From Trichinella spiralis (taxonomy: Eukaryota): DNA of 64,000 nucleotides. Location of the stretch: positions 2,179,666-2,243,665 of the forward strand of contig NW_003526943.1 in NCBI RefSeq assembly GCF_000181795.1, in the 5' to 3' direction. Position numbers and translations under genes: made by a program. Position 1 is the first letter of the stretch, and every line of letters starts with the position of its first letter. Under the pieces are notes generated by a model. The model was not told where the DNA came from, did not search any database, and was given only the letters and a program-made list of their open reading frames with translations. Below, in pieces: positions 15,504 to 33,071 of the stretch.

Positions 15504-18500
15504 ATATAATAAAATGATTTGGAAAAGGAAAGAAAAAAAGATCAATATTCTTTGTTATCATTTTTATATGAATGCATCCAAATGAAAAAAAACGTACCAA
15601 CCACCTTTGAAACTTAATCAATTTCAACAATAAACATGCACTATTGCCAGGTGAATAGAGAAATATTATTTTCTTGATAATATTCAATTCAATATCATCG
15701 CTTTAAAATTGTAAAGTGCCAAACGCAACAAAAAGCATTGAAAAAGATCGTCAAATGATACAAATGCATTTTATGATGCACAATAACAAAGAGAAAACTA
15801 AAAAAAATAGAAATCATTATCAAGGAAATTTGATAAGTTTTAACAGCGAAGAATTATTATTTTTTTTAAAACATTCAGTATACATGCATATATATTTATA
15901 ACAAGTGCTTGCTGCTCAATGTAGAATTCTATACGTACGTTTTGAAAAAAATAAACTGCAATTTCTTGCGAAACAATAAAATTCAAAAGTTGCGCTTTTA
16001 AATTCAATCTAATCAGTCGGCATTTTTACAATTATTATAATTTATCACAAATTGAAATATGAATCCCCAGAATAACTTACAGTAAAGCCTTGAGTTGACT
16101 GCCGTACAGCAAAATCATTAGTCTTGTTTCCCTGTTCTTCTTCTTTATTGCGAAACTTTAAGTTGTCAGAATTTTTTGAATATTCAAGATTACCTGAGCT
16201 AAATAAAAATTGTAACTTAATACATAAATTACACTATTATATAAGCAAATGAATACCACCTCTTCATCGTCGAATCTGCATCAGTATATTCTTCTTCGTT
16301 AAAATTTTCAACCGATGACAGTGCTTCTTCGGCATCATGATAAACATCCGATTCATCATCTGATATACCTGTTGCAATATGCAAAGATTAATTGCAAAAA
16401 TATATCAAGAATAACAACAAATATCCGTAGAATACTTGTTTCAAAAGTAGCTGCACCTCCGTGATCTTTTGCTTCTTTCATCGCGGCACGTTCCAAGGCG
16501 GAAAGCTGACGCGCCAGCTGTTCCAGCTGTTCTTGCAAAGTGATACGCTGACGATGCTCGTGCTGCAACAGACGAATCCACTTGCAACCTTGCGACTGAG
16601 AATAATCGACGTACTCATGACAAGCCTGCAAGCATGATGAAAAAATTAAAAAACAAATATACAAACAAAACTTTCATCCATATTCTTTCACAAAGGTGGG
16701 GAGGGGGAGTAGAGGGGAAAGGGGAGGAAGAAAAAATGGACAAACAAACAAACAAACAAACAAATAATAGCAAAATATTTTATTATTTATACACGTACGT
16801 TGATCATCGCGTCGATGGTGATGCGAAACAGGGTGGCACGTTCGTGTATTGTGCGAACTTTGGCAGACAAATCGGCACCGTTGGAAATTTGCTCCACCTC
16901 GCTCAACGATTTCTGCAAACTTGAACCATGCTTGGCTGGATCAAAACAAAAACCAAAATTAACACATGAAAAATGAAAAGAAAAAGCACAATATATTTTT
17001 CAAATGCAAATTATAAGTGCAATGGAAAAGATTATTTTACAAAAATGCACCAAATAATCAACCGTATTGATAATATTTGATTGAAATTATATACAATGTT
17101 TATATTGAGAAAAAGAAAATTTCAGCATTTTCAAAAGAGCAAATGACGGTAAGTTGCCAACCATTGTGCATCGATATACTTATCGATTTCAAAATTATAA
17201 TTTTAGCTGCAAACAAAATGAACATTTTTGCACATATTATTGATGAAATCCACTTCATTTAAACATAATGAAATTATATACACGTTGGTATATTATTTCA
17301 CATCTAATAATGGAATAAAAAATTTACACTTCCCAACATGCAAAAAGATACTGCTTCTTGTTTAATTTGCATTCATAAACTATTTAAATATAGAATTGAT
17401 CAAAATTGCCTTATAAGAAATATTCTCTTCTTTTCCGCTTTCATCATTCAAATATTTTTCCATTTAAAAGTTACATAAAAACAAAATGAAACATTTATAC
17501 CATTATCGATTAAAATATCCTCCATATACAATTTACATCAAACTTAACATTGATTATTTTGACAAGAGTTCTTTAAGTGAAATTTTGTTCCTCAACTTTC
17601 TACAGCAGCAGTAGCGCATATACAGCTATATCATACAGCTGGCTTCCTCCTACGAGACACATTCACTTACCCAATAAAAAATTTGAAAAAAAACTGTTCA
17701 TTCGTGGTCAAAATTAAATATCAAACGCGAAAACATAAAATGTGAAGAAAATTCAGCAAATTCGATTTCCGTTAATTCTCTTCTCTGACATAAATAACAA
17801 AATATAAAACTGACAGAATTACGTGGTAAAAAATACTTTTTTCTCCGTCTTCCCCAACTGCAAGTTAACTGAAGGAATTCAATGAAAAAAGTAACAACTG
17901 CCACATCCAAACTTAAATACCCTCTGAAACCAAAGCTTTACGCGATTCAAATTAAAATAGGAAATAGAAAAGATTTATATAAAATGAGATAATTATGCAT
18001 CCAAAATGATGACTAAATTTTGAAAAATCAATTCATTTATCAACAAACGAATCGGTCACCCTAACAACGAAACCAATGATCAATTAAAAAAATCAGACGT
18101 TACAACTAATTTTTAAGATTAAACATAAGCAATTATTTCATAAAAGTCGTCATTAAAATTTTCAATTAAATAACAAAACAACTTATCTAAAATTACAATC
18201 TATATTATGCAGAAATCTCTTGCTAATGATAACTATGTAAAATATCAAATCAAATAGATTGAAAAAAACAACTACTACTTAGAATGAACTTCCGCATATT
18301 ACAACATTACGTTAAAAACAAAATTTCCCTTCTCACTTATTATATCTTGACAAGTGAGCAAGTCGTCAAGTTTCGACTGCAACACACGCGTCATGCAATG
18401 CACTTCGTTCTTGTCAATCGAACCCAGCGCATTTTCCAATTTCATTTCTTCCTCTTCATCTGAAAATATGCATATAATTGGTTGAGTTAATTACAATTGG

Positions 18501-19659
18501 TATAAATAAATCACAACAATTATAATAAGCCCAAGTACCGGATTCTGCTTCACGAATAGCTCGCACACGGGCAAGTTCCAAAGCGGTTACCCATTTTTGC
18601 CTCTCAACTTCACTGGATGCTTTCAAATGAAAAGTTTGCGTTGTTGTGCCATTGCTGATGACAAAATTGCATGAATCTTCGGTATGTATGAACGCGCCCT
18701 GCAAGTTGATCGAACCACGACACGTTTGGCCAACTTCAAATTGATTTCTGCAAAACAAAGTTGAAAAACCGACAGTAAAATTGCTCTTCAACAATGCAAT
18801 AAATTTAAAACAAAATACAACTTTTTATTGAAAATAAACGGAAAATGTACTCTTTCAATTAACTAACTCTCTTTTATAAAGTCAATCAACTTAATGGAAG
18901 ACAGAAAATAAATCGTATTTTGTTCCATTTTAATAAATTACCACCCAACTATCACGTTGTGCTGCAATAAATTTATATACTCGGTGGCTTGAAATAAAAT
19001 ATACAACTTTTTTCTTCATTATAATTATAAGGAAAAACAAAAGTACGATATATGTTAACAATCATGAATATAAATATAAATATTCAAATAATAATAATAT
19101 ATACAATGCTGTTTCAACATATATTTCAAATTATGCGGATATTTCATGATGAAACATCTGAAAATAAAAGTAATCAACTGCCGGTTCTAAATGATATAAC
19201 AGTTCTTAAAAATCACATTACGGTACTCTACAGTAGCATTACTGATGCATACAAATTCGTTGGATAAATGGAAACAAATGAGAGTAATTATACGTTTCTC
19301 AACAATATACATACACGTAGCACATAAATTCATATAAGTGGTGGTTCACATCGTTTAATGCAACAAGTCGACTTCTGGGTAAAAAAGAAATTCATAAGGG
19401 AGAAAATTTGCATATTTACAAAAAAGACCAAACTAACCCTGAAGTAAACATGTTTTTAATATTAACAGAACCATTTAAATAAACTGACGAAAATCGAAGT
19501 TGCTGAAGAAAATACTAACCTGTAATAAGATAGGGCTCCGTTGGATAGGACAAACCAACGTTTTTGATAGCCTTTTAAATAATTGGTCCATTTATTCAGC
19601 CATCCTTTCAACTCACAAGAAGATTTCAAATCGCCGGCTTCATCAGACGTTGGTGGCAT
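13777..19659 (-). CDS. OSBP: Oxysterol-binding protein (PH domain, FFAT-like motif, ORD domain), multi-exon
   Basis: PH domain [25 protein letters not shown] signatures [30 protein letters not shown] and [12 protein letters not shown]-terminus DWSDCPDIY*. Confidence 0.95.
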
Positions 19660-21254
19660 CGTCACCGACGACGGACGTTTTGATTTAACCAATGTACAAT
19701 TTGGTTTCTGCTAAAAAGAAGAAATCGGTATGAAGAACTGATATCAGCTTTCTGGACAGAATGTGCAACGTTGATTCGTTAAACGAAATACATTTCAATA
19801 TAGCTAAAAAATCATTACTGCCATCATCTAAATTGGAGCGCGTATTACGTAATTGTGAAAACTCGCATTCCTCCAAAAATATATAAAAAAGCTTCTAATT
19901 TTAAAAACAAATAATTTTCAAGCAACGCTGTTTTTTATGTCTTCACTTCCTTCGTAAAAATCGTGAAAAACTAAACTGCAAACAAGCACCACAACATCAG
20001 TATTTTTAACAGCTGCAATAAATGCACCAATAATGGTAGAATTTGGTATTTACAAAAGAGAATGAGAATCATACTAATGTGCATTAAAATCAAAGCATGA
20101 AATTCTCGAATTCATAAATATGTTAAAGAAAACAGTAAATTGAAAATTAACAGTTCATAAGATATGGTATATTACCATTTAAGCAATAATTTCTTGTTCA
20201 TTTGCAGACACCGCTGGTTTCAACAAAGAATCTAAAAAACACAACGCTGTGCACTTAGCAATTTCATATGATGTATTAATACATTACAAAGTAACCATAA
20301 AACAAGACGACCACGTACTACGATTGTAACGTAAATACAGAAATCATACAGTAAGCATAAAGGTACAAAACTATTTACAAGCCAGTTCTTTAATTTAGCA
20401 ATTTAACAGCGTGTGAAAGTTTCTACAAGTTAGTTTTTAATATGCATACACAACAACAGTATAAAATATATGCATTTTATATATGAATTCCGTGAAAATA
20501 AAAATATTAAAATTGTATAAAAATATTCAATTCTAGAATAAAACTGTCAAGAACACTTAACATGCATCACAACAACAAAAAACAATGCCTTTTTATGTAG
20601 AATTCTAATAATTTTTATTGGCAAATGCACACATTTGAATTGAATTGAATTTTATATAGTTTACACAAACTTTCTGAAATATAAACTAAAATAAAAGTAA
20701 GTTCCATCAACAAAATTCAAAACAAAAGATGAAATATGAATGATTTTGACCTTTTTACTTTCCCACAGTTTCATGCAAATATGCAGAAGAATTACAAAAT
20801 TAATTTTTGAAGCTTTTAGGATTTTTTTAAACTATGGAATTAATAAATATTTCAGTTTATTATTATATTACTGTTATGTATTTACTGTGGAGAATATTTA
20901 AAAAATTGCAGGTAAATATTGGTGTATCAAATGGATAACAAATTTGACTGAGAAAATAACAACATCACTTGTGGTTGCGCAAGTTTGCACATTCTGATAT
21001 AATTTATGAATGCAGTTAATGAGGTGGTTTTAAGCAAAGAAGTCTATCATTTGACTAAAGTTAGAAGCCTGTTAAGCAAAAAATAAAACACACGTTAAGA
21101 AATTAAATATTTTACAAGTTGTATAATTTGTACTTGAAAATTAACAAATGTTATTTTACTGTAGCATTTTACTGTGTGTTTGTAGTTGTAAACAACTGTG
21201 GTTTTGTTGATTTCCGGTCGTAGGTGGACTTTGTAAAAACGTGGAAAAATAGAA

Positions 21255-24200
21255 ATGGACCTTCTTCTAAATCCGCAGAAGGAAACGATCAACAAAGATT
21301 TAGCAAGTATCATCCCACTGCGGGAGTTGTGTGTTCAAAAGTTAGTCGATTCGCTTTCATCATTTGTTTATGCAAATGAAGAAGGTCTGCTGCAGCTGAG
21401 AGATGATATTTGTTTACCGTTGGGAGTATCTGAAATGGTTTTGAGTGCTTTGAAAAGAAAAATGTTGTTGAAAAAGAGACGTGTTACGCAATCCATAGTG
21501 AACATTATGTCTAATGCACAGGCAACTCCAGTGTTTTGTCTGGATTTGAGCAACAGCGATGTGGACAATTCTATGCTGCTGAGCATGTTGAGTTCTCGAA
21601 AGAATTTGCTTACAGCTTTGCGCATTTCAAACTGCATTAAACTTACTGAACTTCTTAATCCAGAGTTAGTGCGCAGCATGCGGCTGGAAAATTTGCAAAT
21701 TTTGGACTTATCTTACTCGGCACAAATTTTTGTCGACTGGATTTTAAAGAATCACGGTACAAATAAATTGGCTGAAATGTTTTCTGATGACGATTCCATG
21801 CTGGTTGAAATGAATTCGAATGTTTTAAGTCCTCCAAGTTTTGCATCCGATGCTGAATCGTCTTCTGGAACTGAGAAATCTTTTGTGGGAACGCAACCAT
21901 TGCCCTTATTGACGGAGGCCACGCCTAACGTGAAAGCGTTAATTTTTCACAACGATGGAAAATACGGAGTAAGTTTACTAATTGAAACTGAACGTAACTT
22001 ATTATTTATAAAATTATTTCTTTAATTTCAGCCACCTAATTACATAGTCGACGATTTTATCAGTCAGTTGTTGAAACCACTTCCCCAACTGACTTATTTG
22101 GATTTGTCATACTGGTCGCAGTTGGGTGACTTATCTTGTTTAGTAGATTATTGTCAGTTGACAACTTTGATTCTGCACGGTGTGGGGCGCATCCAGCATG
22201 CTATTGATACAATTTGCAAGATGAAAACGCTCAGGTGTGAAGCTGGTTTCTTTTCTCGTCAGGCTGTGGTGTTGAATACTATTTATTTCACTTATTTAGA
22301 TATTTGGATCTATCCCAGCACAACCGCTCTATTGGCGATTTTGTGAATCCCGTGACAACGTTAGACCGTATAATTCGTTCTTTACCCGAATTGACTGGGC
22401 TGGATATATCTGGAACAAATTTGGCGAGCAATCCGACTCAGCAGGATCTTCCAAGGGTGAAATAGTTTTTTTTTATAAACAGTTTTCATTAAGCAGTTAT
22501 GTCAATTGTTTCATGCACAGTAGTTGATTGTAAAAATTGTAAATGTTTTATTTTATTTTTATTCTTCTCCTTCTTATTGTATTTATTTTTTTTTTGACCA
22601 TGTTTTTGTTGACAATTACTAAAATTTGTTTACGTGTTTTTTTATTATTAATTTTATTGCCTATAGTATTTTGTTGTTGTTGTTGAAAGTTGAAGACGTA
22701 ATTTTTTTTGACGTTTGAATTGTTTGGCTTACAATTTTAAATCTCTTTGAGGATGCATTATTTAGAAAGAAAAGTATTTTTTTGTTTTATGCCAAGTACA
22801 AAGTTTAAAATTTTAAAAAACCAGTTTCAAAGTCGAACACTTTTATTTATATTTGTTTTTATTATAGTGTGAACTGGACGATGACGATGAGGCGGAGCCT
22901 CATGAGTAAATTGCACAATTTGTCTGCTTGTTACTTTTGGTTTATTTATTTGGTCATTGATTTTCAGACATATTGAAACGGATATATTTGGCTTAAGGCA
23001 TTTGAAACGCAAGCTGAAATTTCTTGGTCTGTTTTATACTCACGCGTCACATTACAGGCTTATACCAGCCGAAATAGTAAGTCATACTTTTTTGCATAAG
23101 AATATTATTATTATTTCATTGATAGAGTTTAGTGGGTTGCGTTATATTTTAGCAGGTTATATTTTAAATATTTTTTATTTTGATTTTTTCAGATTGCAGG
23201 CGAATTGACTGAATCACAAGTGTTCGTGACAATTGAGCACAACATTGGTCGGCCAATGCAGCTATTGGGCGCTTTGAACGAAGCTTATCAATTATACCGG
23301 TATGGAGATCCAAACAAAGCCAAAGAAGGCCTTGAATATATGGTTTGGGTGATGCGTCGGCACATGGCTAATTCAAGCATACAAATTGCCGCGAGTGCTT
23401 GTATATTTTATATACTGAGATTGGTGAAGTTGCCCGTTGCTGAACGTCAAGCTGTCATTGACATTTTGTTGACTGGTATGTGTTTATCTGTAGTTCGTGT
23501 TCTTTATTCTTTTATGCAGTAAATGAATTGCGGGTCTTTTTTTTAATATTCGAGAAAAGTAGATTTTGAGCAGTTTTTAAATATTTTTTCTTGGAAGTGT
23601 TTTTCATATATAGAAATAAATATTTCATTAAAATACAGTGAATGTTGATTTGAAAAGGACGAAGAAGTAAGCATAAATTTCAGAGTAGGTCGATATTTTA
23701 ATTTAAATTTTAGTTATGGTTCAAATACTGTGATTTTCTTTAAGCAGATAAATAAGCATCTGTATTTGGTTTTGAAAATTTTTTTTTCACAGGCATGGAA
23801 CAGCATTCTGAAATAACAATGATTCGAAATTGTTGCTTGTCACTGTGTCAGTTTGAAATTCCGCAAGACATGCACAATTCGTATATTCGTGCAATGCGTC
23901 TACTTTTGAACATGATGGAAAAGTTTGACGATTTCATGACCCAACGGATTGTTGTTCACGTCTTGAATACAATGGCTTGTCATGTTGAAGGCGAACAAAA
24001 ATTGGCCGTTGGCGAATTGCATGCAGTTGAGGTATTTTCCGTTTTAATTTGCATTAATTAATTAATTAATTAATTTTTCATTTTGTTGCTCTAATTGTAA
24101 TTTTTTGTTTTAGAAATTATTGGCACTGATATGTACTAAACTGCAGCTGGGTATATGTGATGAAGTGATGGAAGTTGCTTGGAGTTTTTTGTGGAATATC

Positions 24201-25456
24201 ACCGGTAAGTAATTTTTCTTTTTTCTTGCTTTTATTTAAATTATATTATGTTAATTTATTTTTTAATTATGTTCAGATGAAACGCCAGCGAATTGCGAAC
24301 GATTTTTAGCCGTTAACGGTATGGAAGTGTTTTACGCTTGCTCTGAGGTAAGTGTTGGTGTGTAGCAGCAGTTGAGGACTATTTCTGATTTATGCGTTAT
24401 TGTATTTTCAGAAATTTGAAGGAAAGACAGAATTGGCACGCAACATGATGGGTCTATTGGTAAAAGGATGCGTTGAAAAAGTTTCCCTATTGTTTTGCAT
24501 TCTCTCATTTTTTTGCCATATTTAGGGGAATGTTGCCGAAGTGAGCAGTCTTCGTGCAAGCCTTATGAACGCCAATTACATAGCTGTTTTTCTGTAAGCT
24601 TGCTTATTCACTCAAACGGGGTAACATCTTATTTCTTTGGGGGGTACATATCTTCTTGTATGTTTTAGGGATTTGTTGCGTTATTCGAATGAAGGAATCG
24701 AAATCAGTTATAACAGTGCAGGTTTTGTGATTGTTGTTGTTTTGGTGAATTTTAAATTTGAATTACAGTGTTTTTCTGTTCTTATTCTTAGGTGTGTTGG
24801 CACATCTTTTGAGTGATGGACCGGAGAAATGGTCAGTAGAAGGTACATCACAAGAATATGTATCACAAGAGATTATTAAGGTGGTTCGTCAGTGGCCATT
24901 AGATTCTCGGCGATACATTAATTACAGGTATACAGGAATATAATTATTATTTAATTTTTCGTCCGAAACAATTATATTATAATAAATTTTTGTTTGTTTA
25001 TATTTAATTTACAACAATGTTTAGTAGATTTATTTTTGAAATTTCACATTTTTGGTACTACTTTAATATTGAATGCTTTTAAAAGTATAGTTTGTTTTAC
25101 AATTTTTACCAGTTCTCAGTTTTGATCATTTCAAGATCTTTTGAACCGATTATTCGTTTACTTCGAGTCAGCGACAACCCTGCCGTGCATCTTTGGGCCG
25201 TTTGGGCACTGGCTAATTTGACGACAGTTAATGGTAAGTAAAGCTTTTATTTGAAAAATGTATCATTTCATTTTTGTAAAATTTTGTTTCAGGCAGAAAA
25301 TATGTTGATTTTGTGATTCGTGAGCAAGCATTAGACTTAATTAAGAATATTGCTGACGATCCGAAATCATCGGCAGATTTAAAGCACTACGCAAGCGTTG
25401 TTTTATATAATGTAAAAAAGCACGTGGACAAAAGTGGACAAAATGCGGACGATTAA
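21255..25456 (+). CDS. ZER1: ZER-1/ZYG-11 family CUL2 substrate receptor (BC-box, LRR, armadillo)
   Basis: N-terminal PLRELC VHL-box-like motif, LRRs (LTYLDLS, LTGLDISGTNL), RNCCLSLCQF, WSFLWNITDETPANC, RNMMGLLGNVAEV and INYRSFEPIIRLL. Confidence 0.9.
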
Positions 25457-26259
25457 TATTAATTAATTTAAAAAATTGTTCGCGAAGCACCTTTGTTATT
25501 TTTATTTGCAATCATATTTGTGTTTGAGGATGAAAATCGCCTTTCTTAACGTAAGAGGTAGCATTATTACCAGCGGGTACATCCTGCCAAACAGTCTGTA
25601 ATGTACAGATACATTTGTGTTTTTTTTAATGTATATTTGCATCTTCATCTATTATTATTAAGAAACAAGACGATTTTTACGTTTTCCAAATCCACGTTAC
25701 GTGTCATCGATGAAAACAGTCGCTTATATGTGGTAAATCGATGTTTACAGTTTGTTTAATGTTATTTGTAAAATATAATCTGCTCATGAATCAGTGTTTG
25801 CTTTGATGATTTTTTCTTAAGTTGATCTTCACATTCTTCTGCACGCATACGCATAAGCGGTTCATATTATTATTCCGTGCTCTGCATGTTGTGATCAGTC
25901 GGTCGGTCAGCTTTGCAAGTAGTTTCTGTCTGCGTTGACTGAACTGAATGAATAATGTTGTAAATGACGAACAGTACTAATTATGTGTACATGCCACGCA
26001 AGGCAAAAAAGGCACCATGTAGCATTTTCACAGCATTTGATTTTAAATTAATTGCACCACCACCCGCAACAATAATAACAATTTTCTTTCCTCGTTTGCT
26101 TCCTTTATTTTGTTTTTAATTATGATCATATTTTAATTATGAACATTCTTGCCAGAAATATCGAACTTATTCACTAAATTTTCACTGAATGAATGCGCAA
26201 GGTAGTTAGTTGTTCAGTTCACTAGCGGAAAAATATTGATTATTGAAAAGAAAAAACTA

Positions 26260-30876
<4,617 letters not shown>

Positions 30877-30960
30877 TCAGAAAGTAGTGATCAACGCAAT
30901 CGTTCAGAAATGAAATGAAATGAATCAGTAATATCACGTAAAGAAACTGTTGACTCAATC

Positions 30961-30978
30961 GAAGTTTCCAGAATTTCC
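30961..30978. promoter_or_regulatory. Heat shock element (HSF-binding site)
   Basis: GAAgtTTCcaGAAttTCC: three perfect alternating nGAAn units plus one imperfect unit, about 95 nt upstream of the HSP110 ATG. Confidence 0.75.
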
Positions 30979-31544
30979 ATAGATTTCTATTATGGTAGTG
31001 AACTTGCAAATCAATAAATAGTGAAAGTTATGTTCTCTTTTTAATTCAACTAATTGAGAATAAAAACGAGATATTTTAACGATTTTATATTTCATATTTT
31101 TCTCATAATTCATATTCTAATTTATATTTAAGTATTTTTCGACAACAATCGTTTATTTTTTTATACTAGGGCAAAGGGCAGTTATGTACGGTACATTCCA
31201 TTGTTAGAAAAATAAATAGTTCAACGCCGAGTGAATCATTCTCAGTTCAAATTTAATTATTTTTGACTCTAATATCATTCGTATCATTTAATTTTATCGT
31301 TGTCATCCGCAAATTTTGCAAATACAATACAGGGCTATTTTTGAAAATATTAACATTACAGAAAATTACTATACAGAATTACATAAATGCTTAACCACGA
31401 TATTCTTCTCGAAAACTTCGAATGCATTTTTGCACTAATCTGCTTTTGTTATTTTTGAGCTAGGTTGTTTCTTCAAACAGTACTGACACCTTTTTAAAGT
31501 TTACTTCATTCTCCAGATAAAAATTTGAGAAAGTTTTTAACATT

Positions 31545-31577
<33 letters not shown>

Positions 31578-31814
31578 CTTATTTAATCAGTGCAAAAAAT
31601 TTCAGGGTTTGTAATTGTTTTTTTATTCATAAGGCACTACTGCACTGCTGTCTTTATTATACCCGATTTATTTTACACAGTAATGGAGTTTGGCTAAATA
31701 TATTTTTTGCGCAAAACAAAACAAAAGCAACTGATTAAAATAATTCAAAAAATCTCAATGACAATGTGTTCTTTTTTCATCACATAAATAAATCGATTCA
31801 CATAATTAATACAC

Positions 31815-33071
31815 CTAATAACACGGCTCGACATAGTTTCCAGGAAAAAGACCTGTAACGCCATCCATAACTCCCTCAAACCAACCATCTTCATTTTTTT
31901 TCAACACATAAATGATAGCATTCTCTTGAAATGAAAGTTCATCCGGTTTTTCAGCAAAATAATCATAAATAGCCACAACCTTTTCTAAATAATTTTTCGG
32001 AATCCAATCTGCGCTATCATCTGTGTGGTAACTGCTGCTGTCTCTCAGATGTACCGTTTCAGATATTGTAGAATTGATGCTATAAGGCCGTGAATCCGAC
32101 GGAGGAATAGGAGGGGGCGAAGGTGTCAAATCTGGCATGAAGAAATTAGTAGATGATAACGATGGTGGAGGTAATACTTCCATACCATATGCCGAATGCT
32201 GATTACCTATTGAAACAGACGAATATGAATACGGACGATTTGAATTGTCACCTTCGTTGTGCGACAAACCAGAATAATCTGTAACAGGCAAACTTCGATT
32301 AATCTGGTATGAATTATCAATATCTGATCGAAGTCCAGTATTTAAATTTGTTCTACCAATCTGAACCATTCCCGGATAACTCATTTGATATGGTTCTATT
32401 GTAGGTGCTGTTGGCGGTGAAATCGTCACCGGAGTTCGGTACTCTTTCATAGATGATTTTGAGATTGTACTCAGCTTGGCAACAGGAGAAGAATAATTGC
32501 AGGAAATATGAGAAGAAAAATGGATTGAGTTTGTCGAACTACCACCACTACCAATTGTCGGTGTGCGCCCTAGAGTAGACACAGAATTTGAAATCAGCCC
32601 AGTGCATGTCTTGAAACCATGACCGATATTATCAAAAATTCCATAATCTATGGGTGTACGTACATAGCGCTGCTCCTTTTCAGACTTAACGGGAGCAACA
32701 ATGCGATGGTATCGTGGCATTGATTTATTTATAGTAAGAACGCCAATTTCTCTTCTTGCTACTTTTTCTTTATGAATTGCTACAGCCTGCGCCAACGTGC
32801 CCACCTCCGCCTCCACATTATCTATCTTTTCTATCTGCAATTCCAACGCTTGCATAAAGTTTGTCACTAATGTGTTAATTTGATAAGCAACGCTTGCAAG
32901 CGACTGGACTGCGTATCTTTTGGTCTCCTCCAAAGCATCACGTTTATCCATTACCTGCATGTAATGCGCTTCACAATAAGCGGCGACCCGTTCCAAATTT
33001 GAATAACATTCCTGCAGGCCTTGGCGACCAGCCGCTACTGACTGCTCGACAATTTCACAAAAATCAGACAT
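31815..33071 (-). CDS. abi-1: Abl interactor (WAVE complex subunit), single coding exon, 418 aa
   Basis: Contains SNLERVAAYCE, LEETKRYAVQSLASVAYQIN, IHKEKVARREIG, YVRTPIDY...IGHG, a proline-rich region and a C-terminal SH3 (YLEKVVAIYDY...GLFPGNYVE). The true start is probably MSDFC at 33071, 10 nt after a TTTCAG acceptor. Confidence 0.95.
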   Translation of the reverse strand: MSDFCEIVEQSVAAGRQGLQECYSNLERVAAYCEAHYMQVMDKRDALEETKRYAVQSLASVAYQINTLVTNFMQALELQIEKIDNVEAEVGTLAQAVAIHKEKVARREIGVLTINKSMPRYHRIVAPVKSEKEQRYVRTPIDYGIFDNIGHGFKTCTGLISNSVSTLGRTPTIGSGGSSTNSIHFSSHISCNYSSPVAKLSTISKSSMKEYRTPVTISPPTAPTIEPYQMSYPGMVQIGRTNLNTGLRSDIDNSYQINRSLPVTDYSGLSHNEGDNSNRPYSYSSVSIGNQHSAYGMEVLPPPSLSSTNFFMPDLTPSPPPIPPSDSRPYSINSTISETVHLRDSSSYHTDDSADWIPKNYLEKVVAIYDYFAEKPDELSFQENAIIYVLKKNEDGWFEGVMDGVTGLFPGNYVEPCY

